A DNA stretch of 64,000 bases from the human T2T-CHM13v2.0 reference genome, Homo sapiens. Position numbers and translations under genes: made by a program. Positions within the stretch are counted from its first letter, which is position 1; each line of letters opens with the position of its first letter. The notes under the pieces are model-generated. The model did not search any database, had not been told where the DNA came from, and saw nothing but the letters and a program-made list of their open reading frames with translations. Where the stretch lies: NCBI RefSeq assembly GCF_009914755.1, contig NC_060927.1. One strand, 5' to 3'. Below, in pieces: positions 1 to 10,529 of this stretch.

Positions 1-295
1 GGGGCCGGTGGGGCAGCCGGCCGCTCCGAGTGTGGGGCCCGCTGAGCCCACGCCCACCTGGAACTCGCGCTGTCCCGCAAGCGTGCAAGCAGTCCCGGTT
101 CCCGCCCGCTCTCTTTCCACACCTCCCCGCAAGCTGAGGGAGCCGGCTCCTGCCTCGGCCAGCCCAGAAAGGGGCTCCCACAGTGCAGGGGCAGGCTGGA
201 GGGCTCCTCAAGTGCAGCCAGAGTGGGTGCCGAGGCCAAGGAGGCACCGAGAGCGAGCGAGGGCTGTGAGGGATGCCAAACGCTATCACCTCTCA
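1..295 (-). mobile_element. LTR12 (HERV9 LTR), U3 5' end; runs off the window start
   Basis: Ends ...cgctatcacctctca, the reverse complement of the LTR12 start TGAGAGGTGA. GC/CpG-rich and closely similar to about 7590-7886. Confidence 0.9.
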
Positions 296-3239
296 CTTTG
301 ATTAAATTTCTGTTACTTATTTTGATTATTATTGATGTCCAAATAAAATGAGAGAAGGGAAGAGATAGAATAAATTAATGTGTTTCTATATGTCTGATAA
401 GGATGGGATGGGTAACGCACATCATGTTGGTGAAGAATCAGTATATTTTCATGGAGAAATATTAATTTTCTTTTCAAACAATAATAAAAAATGCACATTA
501 TGTAGTTACAAATGCATGGTCTGGTAAGGGAAAAGAATGAAATTTTAATAAGAATATCTAATTAAGTAGCAAAAACATGGAATAAATAGCAACTTGATTA
601 AAATAATGCAAGATAATAAGGGAATACAGGAAAGGATTTTTTTTTAAAAGAAGTTAACATGAAGATGTAAGGAGCACAGTAACTGTATAGGATTCTTACC
701 CTATATATGGATAGAATGATGACTTCTATCAAAAGACAGAGTTCAAATTCATCCGTCTAAGTGCAGGTCATACACAAAAGAATTAAAACCAATCATAACA
801 GCAAAAACTTGAAAATAAAAAGATTGTCAATTAAGCACCTCAAAAATAAAATTTAGAAAATAATGGCTCTGTTAGCATCACACAAGTATATGCTGTAGTT
901 TAAGGTTAAAGGCATGAAACAGTATTGTGTCATGAGAAAATGCACACTTTACAAAAAGATAAAACACTAGTAAACAGGTATATAGATTTGGTAGCTCAGC
1001 AGCTAACTTCATAAAGTGAAAATCATTAAAAATGCAAGAACTTCATTTTCCAGAAGACTTTAGAAAGGAAACTTCGAGAGAACAGGGGAAGTTGGCAAAG
1101 AATATGCAGATTCCTTGAGGAACTGGCAGCTGATAGTTGGAGTCCCAGAAGCTCACTTATGAATAGAGGAGGAAGTCAAGATGATCTGCCAGTTCAGATA
1201 ATCAGTGGAAAATCCTCTGCATAAAATCACTTTAGTGATGATGGAAATAGAAAGCTAAGACACTGAATAGCCAGTTGCAATATCCAGTGTGCCAGAGGCA
1301 TACAAAGAGAGCACTCATTGAAACAGAGTAAGCTGAGCTGTCTCCAAACAGAAATGTGGTATGCTTTTGTCATATTAAGGAAACTGTCATCCTTTTAAAA
1401 GGAAAGTATACAGAGTGGAAGATTATAGTGCAGACCTATCATAGGAAAGCTTAAAATTAAATAAACCTGAAACACTTTTTTTCCTACTAAAAATCAGAAT
1501 TAAAAATCACAAGTTAGAATGCTTACCTCAATCTATACTAATGATGCACCGGGCACCTTATTAAACAAACTGGAAGTAAAAATCAAAATACGTTATATTA
1601 TTTTTAGATGATTTATAAGTTCCAAGTAGTGAAGAGGAAAAATGACTTATTTCAATAGTTACTAAATCACATTGAACAGTAAACACTTAAGAGGAGCTGG
1701 AGGAGGAGGAAGAATGCCTTACTGACCTCTGTAAAGAAAGGGAAAAAAAAAAAAAAGATAACTGCAGGCTGTCTCTCTGGTCTCCTGTACCTTGTACCTG
1801 GTCCTAGGACAGGAACACTTTACATTTCTAGGGTTCTGCCTCGGAATGGGTGTGGCTGAGGACACATGTGTTTCTAGTATTCCCATGCCTTCACCATTTG
1901 TTTGCCACCAAGATTCTCATCACAGAAAAATTAAAGATGTGAGACTAAATTCTGGAAATGCTGAAAACAGAAAGGGTGTGTCTGCCATGCCAATCCCAGG
2001 GAATGCATTCTTTTCTAGGCAGCTGTCCTTTCTCTAATCCAGCGCTCGTTTCTCCAAGCCTATATCTCTCAGGTTATCATCAAGGCTTCGTTCATGTTCA
2101 CTTAATCGCACAGTGCCTTCATGGATTTCATGCTCAATTACCATTTGCTAAATTCTTTATCTTAGGAAAACATTTTGTAATACTACAAACTCATTTATTA
2201 ATATTAATTTTATAGAACAAATAATATTTATTTAAGTAAACATATTCTTATTCTAATATACTTTGCATTCTCAATACTTAATGTTTGGAAGATAGCAGGT
2301 TTTCTATAAAAAATTTAGCGATTGAGGAACATTTAGTTTCATTTTAAAAATCTGTCACTTACTTTTCTGGTGTCAGGCCCTTAGAAGAGATGACTTCGAA
2401 GACAATTTTACAGATTCCTGAAAATGTAAGCTCTATAAGAATAAGAATATTATTTGGATTTTCACAGCTATAGCCGCAGTGCTAATGGCAGTGTGCGGTA
2501 TATAGAAAGACTTTAAAAAATGTTTGTTGAGTGAAGTGGAAATATTTATTTTCACATTTAATTTAACTATAAAATATAGCAAATATATGGGAAAGAATAT
2601 GGCAGCCATGCATCTAACTTCCACATATGCCCATATTGGATCCAGATATTTTTATTAATATTTGTTAAAAGAAATAGCTTAATTTCAATCATCTCTAACT
2701 TTTGACTTCTTAAGCATACTTTTTAAACTTGAGTGTGTCATTCATAAATATACTTTATATTTTAACACAAAATAGTACATATTGATTTTAATATAGTTAT
2801 TAATGTACGTTTATATATGAAAATAAATACTTTTAATTCTAGGCTAGTCAGACTTTTAGTCTAAGACCATAAGCATTTTAAGATTTTAAGGCTATAACAT
2901 TAAAGATTTTTTTTCCCCACATCCTAAAGTTGCTTTTAGTCTTCTTTCCTTAATAACACAGAATAACTCCTGTTTGTCTTCAGCCTTCATTATTTTATTT
3001 CTCCTTTTTACCTTTCTTCTTTGTCTGATCTTAGATTCTAAATGATAAAGACAGAAAGAAAAGTCCCGGAGAAGTAGAATAGGAGAGAAAGCATAATCAC
3101 ATTGATATCCTGTGATTAATATTCACTGGAGAATCTTGAGAATGAGAGAATGATTTTAAGATGACACTCAATATCTACTACCAACCATACGGTTATTATA
3201 TACTATGTTTGCATTTTAATTTTTTCATCAAATAGTTGT

Positions 3240-3930
3240 CCTTAGTATTTGCCCATAGTCTCAGGCACTGCACTAGGAACAAATCTCCTCCACCTAAGAA
3301 GATACATGGGATCCTTGCCTCAGAGAGCTTATTGTCTAGTGAAAAGAAAAAAAAAATAGAGAAAAGTTTAAATGCATTGAAATAAGGATACAGATATAAA
3401 AAGATAGGAAATTTTGGGCTGGCCTGTAGCAGAGATGCAACACATTGGAAATTAAATGGTCTAACAGAGACATGAAAAACTTTGCAGAGGTAGTTGCCTT
3501 TAAGCACATGTTGAGGAGGAATGTAAAGAAAATACCCAGCATGGAGAACAGTATGTGAGACTTAAAGTATAGAAAAAACCTAGTGTTTTCAGATGGAGGA
3601 ATAAATTTTGTATGACTAGTTACAAAAGGAAGAATGGCAAAGGATGTAACTGGATAGACAAGGTGGAGCATAGAAAGCCATTGGGAATATATTTTGGTGT
3701 GAAATAACCATCGTATGAATTTGATAGGAAGTCTCTTTGTGCTGCAAATCTGAGCAGAGTAACCTGGAGGAAATCGTCTGCCTAGGGAAGTGGTAACGAA
3801 GCTGAACATAAATGGATATATTCAGCAAGTGTAGGATATACAATTGACGAGTCTTGGGAATTGATTGGATTTGGGAGAAGATGTAATTAGATGAGATCCA
3901 AGTGTATGGTGTTGAAGACATATTGCAAGA
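3240..3930. mobile_element. Degenerate L2 LINE fragments
   Basis: L2-like motifs (caggcactgcactagg; ccttgcctcagagagcttattgtctagtg; tggagcatagaaagccattggga). Boundaries approximate. Confidence 0.45.
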
Positions 3931-5019
3931 CATTGTGAATAATATATTAAAACTCTTGCACTCTTTCATCTTTTTCCCATGATCCTTTCTCACAAGTAGT
4001 GAGAACCTGTGAGTGGTGGAGTTTTATGTTGAATGCTTGAGCCCTAGCTCACAGATCTAGATTCCGTTCATTTTCTGAACTTTAACAGTGTCTGCTTCTA
4101 CAGAGGTTAATTAAATGGCATTTTAAAAAAAATAAGCAACTAAAGAATGTCTATTTCTTTTTCCCCAGGAAAGATCATTTAGCAAGAAAAATCTGATTAA
4201 GGGGAAATACACAGTGACAGAAAACGGTAATCAAATCTAATTTTCAATAGCTCTCCCACAAATAAGTGTTAAATTAGTTTTCAGGTATCATCTCTATTTC
4301 CAAAAGAAATATTTTCAGGAAAGGAACAGAAACACAAAAATTATTGAGCATCTACTTTGTGTTAGAAACTGTTTTAGATTAACGCTGCCACCCTTTATCT
4401 CTATACAACTCTCTGAGGCATTTCTATTTTTAAAATAAAAAGAAAAAACTTAAGACTGATAGTGTTTATGTAAATGTAGAGAAGGGGTGGTATTAGAATT
4501 AAAATACAAGCTTGCCTCTTCACATTAGACACTTTCAAAAATATACAAAAATATTTCACAAAAATCCAAAAATGTTTTAATTTTTAACTCCCATACATAT
4601 CAAAATTTAACCTGTAATTAAAAGACATTAAGGTTCCACAAATAAGAGCTTGGAATGTAGGCAATAATAATATTAAGAAATTAAAATAATGAGAAAGTCA
4701 CAGAAAAGCTTTTCTCAGTATATAACTGGAGGCTAAAACTTGTTGAAGTAACTATAATAAACTTTTAAAAGTTACCAAAATGTCAGTAAAATAGAAATTT
4801 TGAGGGGTTAAATGTAATTAATAAATGACATATTTAGCATAATTTAATGTTTATATTTTGTCATTTATTATAAAATGTTATGCTTGATTAATTTAAATAA
4901 ATATGATAAGAACAAAAAGTAATGATTAAAATAAACAGTAAAATTCTATATTAAACTATTAGTGTATTAAAATGTGTTTGTTTCTTCTAAAATCAAGTAT
5001 GTTTGCTTGTTTTTTAAAC

Positions 5020-5215
5020 AATAAATACTTACATTTTAATGTTGATTTATATACCAGGCACTCTAAGCAAGTGACAATGTAAATTAGGTAATGTTTTCCA
5101 TTTTAGAGTTTACATAAATTAGATCCAGATTAATTAATTAACTTGCTTTAAGTAACAAAAATAGTAAATTACTGAGTTAGAATGCAAACCTTTTTCTGTC
5201 TGACTCCAAAGTAAG
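5020..5215 (-). mobile_element. MIR SINE fragment
   Basis: MIR-core-like text: ccaggcactctaagc ... taacttgc...aagtaaca...agtaaatt..gagttagaatgcaaacc...gtctgactccaaa. Confidence 0.55.
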
Positions 5216-5350
5216 TGTTATTTACTAGTATTTGACCCTCCTATTGTATTTGTAGTTATGCTCAGAATAATCCAGATTGGAATTAAAAAAAAATTAAAAA
5301 CATTTAATGGGTAGATAGTGGGTGTATATATTTATGGGGCACATGAGGTA

Positions 5351-5590
5351 TTTTATTTTATTTTATTTATTTTTTTTTCAGTGGGATACATATTTATTTA
5401 TTTATTTTTTTATTATTATTTCTATTATTATTATTATTATTTTTAATTATACTTTAAGTTTTAGGGCACATGTGCACATTGTGCAGGTTAGTTACATATG
5501 TATACATATGCCATGCTGGTGCGCTGCACCCACTAACTCGTCATCTAGCATTAGGTATATCTCCCAATGCTATCCCTCCCCCCTCCCCCC
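5351..5590 (-). mobile_element. Young, heavily 5'-truncated L1 3' end (L1PA2-like) with a complex A-rich tail
   Basis: Sense strand reads GATGACGAGTTAGTGGGTGCAGCGCACCAGCATGG...CCTGCACAATGTGCAC...CCTAAAACTTAAAGTATAAT. It has GAG rather than the L1HS-Ta ACA diagnostic. Confidence 0.85.
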
Positions 5591-5730
5591 TACAGGTATA
5601 AAATACATAATAGTCACATCAGAGTAAATAGGGTATCTAGTACCTCAAGCATTTATTTTTTTTGTTATAAACATTCAGATTATAGTCTTATTTATTTTGC
5701 AATGTACGATACATTTTTGTGGACTGTAAT

Positions 5731-6202
5731 TGTAGCAGGACGAGCTGCAGACAAAACCTCTCAGACACCGAGTTGTAGAAGGAAGGGCTTTATTCAGCTG
5801 GGAGCATTGGCAAGCTACTGCCTTAAAATCCGAGCTCTCCGAGTGCACAATTTCTGTCCCTTTTAAGGGCTCACAACACTAAAGATTTCATAGGAAAGGA
5901 TCATGATTGATTTGAGCAAGCAGGCAGTACGTGACAGGGGCTGCGTGCACCAGTGGTCAGAGAGAAACAGAACAGGGCAAGGAGTTTCACAATGTTCTTC
6001 TATACAGTGTCTGGAATCTATGAATAACATCGGTTTCTAAGTTATGAGTTGATTTTTAACTACTGGATTTAGGCCAGGCAGGCCCAGGCCTGGTTTCAGG
6101 CCTGGCGCCAGGCTGCCTGTCTTTGGCTTTACTTCTTTGTTGTTTCTTCTTAAAACAGGTACTGAGTATAAAACAACATGAGAAGGTCTCTCTCTTCCTT
6201 CA
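5731..6202 (-). mobile_element. LTR2-family (HERV-E LTR; LTR2B/2C-like) solo LTR
   Basis: TG...CA termini and 4-bp TSD TAAT (5727-5730 / 6203-6206). Minus-strand AATAAA at 5789-5794. Ends GCTCGTCCTGCTACA as in recalled LTR2 consensus. Confidence 0.8.
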
Positions 6203-6349
6203 TAATCACATTGTTGTAGTAGCAAAAACTAGATCTAGTATCAAATACTAAATCTTATTCCTTGTATATAACTATATTTTTATACTCATTAACCATCTCT
6301 ACCTCCCACCACTGCTACCCTTCCTACCCTCTGATAACCATCATCCTAC

Positions 6350-7886
6350 TGCGTCCGGAATTGGTGGGTTCTTGGTCTCACTGACTTCAAGAATGAAGCC
6401 GCTGACCCTCGCGGTGAGTGTTACAGTTCTTAAAGGCAGCGTGTCTGGAGTTTGTTCCTTCTGATGTTCGGATGTGTTTGGACTTTCTTCCTTCTGGTGG
6501 GATTGTGGTCTCGCTGGCTCAGGAGTGAAGCTGCAGACCTTCGTGGTGAGTGTTACAGTTCTTAAGGCGGTGTGTCTGGAGTTGTTTTTTCCTCCCAGTG
6601 GGTTCGTGGTCTCGATGGCTTCAGGAGTGAAGCTGCAGACGTTCACGGTGAGTGTTACAGCTCATAAAGGCAGTGTGGACCCAAAGAATGAGCAGTAGCA
6701 AGATTTATTGCAAAGAGCAAAAGAACAAAGCTTCCACAATGTGGAAGGGGACTCCAGAGGGTTGCCACTGCTGGCTGGGGCAGCCTGCTTTTTTTCTCTT
6801 ATCTGGCCCCACCCACATCCTGCTGATTGGTCCATTTTACAGAGAGCTGATTGGTCTGTTTTACAAAAAGCTGATTGGTCCATTTTGACAGGGTGCTGAT
6901 TGGTGCATTTACAATCCCTGAGCTAGACACGAAAGTTCTCCAAGTCCCCACTAGATTAGCTAGCTACAGAATGCTGATTGGTGTATTTACAAACCCTGAG
7001 CTAGACACAGAGTGTTGATTGGTGCAGTTACAAACCTTGAGCTAGATACAGAGTGCCGACTGGTGTATTCACAATCCCTTAGCTAGACATAAAGGTTCTC
7101 CAAGCCCCCACCAGATCAGCTAGACACAGAGTGCAGATTGGTACATTTACAAACCTTGAGCTAGACACAGAGTGCTGATTGGCGTATTTACAATCCCTTA
7201 GCTAGACATAAAGGTTCTCCAAGTCCCCACTAGACTCAGGAGCCCAGCTGGCTTCACCCAGTGGATCCCGCGCCAGGGCCGCAGGTAGAGCTGCCTGCCA
7301 GTCCCGCACCTTGCGCCCGCACTTCTCAGCCCTTGGGTGGTCAGTGGGACCAGGCACCATGGAGCAGGGGGCGGTGCTTGTCAGGGAGGCTCGGGCTGTG
7401 CAGGAGCCCATGGCATGGAGGGGAAGTGCTCAGGCATGGGGGGCTGCAGGTCCTGAGCCCTGCCCCATAGGGAGGCAGCTAAGGCCTGGCAAGAAATCGA
7501 GTGCAGCACCACTGGGCCAGCACTGCTGAGGGACCCGACACACCCTCCGCAGCTGCTGGCCCGGGTGCTAAGCCCCTCAGTGCCCTGGGCCGGTGGAGCC
7601 GGCCGGCCGCTCTGAGTGCAGGGCCCACGAAGCCCACGCCCACCCGGAACTCACGCTGGCCTGCAAGCGCTGCACGCAGCCCCAGTTCCCGCCCATGCCT
7701 CTCCCTCCACCCCTCCCTGCAAGCTGAGTGAGCTGGCTCCAGCCTCGGCCAGCCTAGAAAGGGGCTCCCAAAGTGCAGCGGCAGGCTGAAGGGCTTCTCA
7801 AGTGTGGCCAGAGTGGGCGCTGAGGCCGAGGAGGCACTGAGAGCGAGCGAGGGCTGTGAGGGCTGCCAGCATGCTGTCACCTCTCA
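6350..7886 (-). mobile_element. LTR12 (HERV9) solo LTR, full length about 1.54 kb
   Basis: Termini TGAGAGGTGACAGC...CCAATTCCGGACGCA and 4-bp TSD CTAC (6346-6349 / 7887-7890). U5 tandem repeats (gtgagtgttacag) and U3 repeats present. Confidence 0.95.
6790..7210 (-). promoter_or_regulatory. LTR12 U3 enhancer/promoter: tandem repeats with 8 CCAAT (NF-Y) boxes and a GATA site
   Basis: Eight ATTGG (CCAAT on minus) counted between 6826 and 7182 in about 24- and 41-bp repeats. cttatct (AGATAAG) at about 6798. The NF-Y/GATA architecture is known for ERV9 LTRs; activity here is untested. Confidence 0.7.
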
Positions 7887-9271
7887 CTACTGTACCTCTG
7901 AGTTCAATTGTTTTAATTATAACTACCATAGTGAGCAGAAATATCTGTTTCTTTCTGATGTGTGCCTAGCACTTAGAATAGTGTCTGGCCTTAGTAGTAC
8001 TCAATAGATATCTGTGAAATAAATAAAAAGAAAGAGTTATAACATTGCAATATTATAAAGTTCTTAAGCATTAAATAATATGCTGTGGCTAAGTATTTTA
8101 ACTTCCCCAGACATAGGTTTTATAAATCATATACACATTTGTAGAAGCTATAGCAGAGTCAATACTATTGACCAAATGTAAAATTCAATTGTTTAGTATT
8201 TTCCAAAAGTTAGCTTTAAAATTGTAATATTTTATCACATAATATAGAAAAAATAATGAGAAGACAATTGTATACACACACACCCACATCTGTAAAATTT
8301 AACATTATTTTAAAATTCAAATCAATATATTTCAATATTATTTTTAATATGAAAATATTTGAAGCACAATATTACTACACACCATTATCTATTCATGTTT
8401 ATTAGGCATGTTGAAGTTTGATTTCTTTACCATAACCTTGAAGAAAGGTACAGTCAGAGTGATGCCCTACTGATGCCAAAAACAAAATTTAAACAACCTG
8501 AAAATATTTGTAGAGCCTATTTTTAAAACTAAATAGTAAACCTTATGAAAAAGCCACTTTCAAAGTAGAAACCTAGATTGATGTCCATTTTCTCTTCATA
8601 GTTTTAACATTAAAGTAAACAAATGATGTTTTCCTGTCATACTTAAAAAGGGCAATTGAATAAACTTCAAAGAATTCTGGAATCTTTATTGCTTTGTTCT
8701 TAGTGACAATGACAACAGCTGCTATGTAAAGCAAATAAATACCTTGGACATCAGACAGGAGGCTGGAAGAACATATCCCTGGGGTTGCTTTATTTGTTGG
8801 CTGCCTTTCTAATTATCTGCTATGCTTAAGATATTTCTTTAATAATTGATCTTCCTGTGAGGGGTTCGTTCTGGAACAGCATCATAAATGCAAATAGAAC
8901 TGAAACTCAAAGTCTTTCACGTCTGCTTATGTGGATCACAAAGCCCAGTAGAACATTAGATAGTTAATGAAATCTGTATTTTATGGATTCCAGAAAAGTG
9001 TGTTCTTTAAAGTTTGTGAAGATGTACCCAGAGATAATCACACCTAACTTTTGGGAACTGAAGCAATAGACTGAAATTAACACATAAATAGAATTTCCAC
9101 AATACACTTATATGCCAAAACCTTAAAAAGTTCATTTTAATTGTACAAGATGGGAACATTTTGGTAAGCTATATGACATGTTCTGAAATTTTAGAAAGAG
9201 GATACCAGCATATTGTAATCTGATTGTTTATTACAAAAGTATTAATATTAATCACTATGCTGTAATGTAGC

Positions 9272-9721
9272 TGTCAGGCCTCTGAGCCCAAGCTAAGCCA
9301 TCATATCCCCTGTGACCTGCACGTATACATCCAGATGGCCTAAAGTAACTGAAGAATCACAAAAGAAGTGATATTTAAATGGCCTTTTCCTGCCTTCACT
9401 GATGACATTCCACCACAAAAGAAGTGAAAATGGCTGGTCCTTGCCTTAACTGATGACATTACTTTGTGAAATTCCTTCTCCTGGCTCATCCTGGCTCAAA
9501 AAGCTCTCCTACTGAGCACGTTGTGACCCCCTACTCCTGCCCACCAGAGAACAACCCCCCTTTTTCCTTTACCTACCCAAATCTTATAAAACAGCACCAC
9601 CCCTATCTCCCTTCGCTGACTTTCTTTTCGACTCAGCCCATCTGCACCCAGGTGAAATAAACAGACCTGTTACTCACACAAAGCCAGTTTCGTGGTCTTT
9701 GTGTGAGGGACGCGAGTGAAA
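9272..9721 (+). promoter_or_regulatory. 5' LTR7 of HERV-H #1 (450 bp)
   Basis: Runs tgtcaggcctctgagcccaagc ... gtgaaa. TATAAAA at about 9585, AATAAA at 9656-9661. Confidence 0.95.
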
Positions 9722-9724
9722 TTT

Positions 9725-9742
9725 TGGTGCCGTGACTTGGAT
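9725..9742 (+). other. Primer binding site complementary to tRNA-His
   Basis: tggtgccgtgacttggat versus canonical TGGTGCCGTGACTCGGAT (1 mismatch), 3 nt after the LTR. Confidence 0.92.
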
Positions 9743-9865
9743 CAGGGGACCTCCCTTAGGAGATCAATCCCCTGTTCTTCTGCTCTTTGTTCCATGAGAA
9801 AGATCCACCTACGACCTCAGGTCCTCAGACCGACCAGCCCAAGGAACATCACACCAATTTTAAAT

Positions 9866-9874
9866 CAGGTAAGC
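9866..9874 (+). promoter_or_regulatory. HERV-H leader splice donor CAG|GTAAGC
   Basis: Near-consensus 5' splice site about 150 nt after the LTR, the position of the usual HERV-H donor. Confidence 0.75.
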
Positions 9875-10529
9875 GGCCTCTTTTTACCCTCTTCTCCAAC
9901 CTCTCTCACTATCCCTCAACCTCTTTCTCCTTTCAATCTTGGCGCCACACTTCAATCTCTCCCTTCTCTTAATTTCAGTTCCTTTCCTTTTCTCATAGAG
10001 ACAGGAGACGTGTTTTATCCATAGACCCAAATCTCCGGTGCCAGTCACGGACTCGGGAAGACAGTCTTCCCTTGGTGTTTAATCATGCGGGGATGCCTGC
10101 CTGATTATTCACCCACATTTCAGAGGTGTCTGACTACACGGGGATGCCTGCCTTGGTCCTTCACCCTTAGCGGCAAGTACTGCTTTTCTGGGGGGCAAGA
10201 ACCCCCTGACCCCTTCTCTCCATGTCTCTACCCCTTCTCCACTTTTCTGGAAGGCAATAACCCCCCGACCCCTTCTCCTTCACCCTTAGTTGCAAGTATC
10301 ACTTTTCTAGGGAGCAAGAACCCCCCGACCCCTACTCTCTGTGTCTCTACCCCTTCTCCACTTTCCTGGGGGCAAGCATCCCCCACCGCTTCTCTCCATG
10401 TCTCTATTCTCTCTTTTCTCTGGGCTTGCCTCCTTCACTATGGGCACCCTTCCACCCTCCATTCCTCCTTCTCCTCCCTTAGCCTGTGTTCTCAAGAACT
10501 TAAAACCTCTTCAACTCACACCTGACCTA

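Larger units (their letters stand above)
5300..7925 (-). mobile_element. L1MA-type 3' end fragment split by three nested insertions
   Basis: Pieces 5300-5350, 5591-5730, 6203-6349 and 7887-7925 join into the same L1MA 3'UTR seen unbroken at 41455-41840 (tatatttatgggg.acatga ... cctcaagcatt ... gagttcaattgtttt). Confidence 0.8.

Noticed and set aside
8-301. 97-aa Pro/Ala/Arg-rich ORF, and similar ORFs at 6341-7880
   Set aside because: They lie within GC-rich LTR12 sequence and are open by composition; no protein family features.
3196-3993. Overlapping 103-157 aa minus-strand ORFs
   Set aside because: Phe/Leu/Ile-rich translations of the T-rich strand of L2-derived DNA.
6820-7230. Regularly spaced repeats resembling a CRISPR array
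   Set aside because: Units are contiguous tandem repeats without unique spacers. They are the standard LTR12 U3 repeats in primate DNA, with no cas genes.
9725-9742. tRNA-His-like sequence as a tRNA gene
   Set aside because: It is only the 18-nt retroviral primer binding site.
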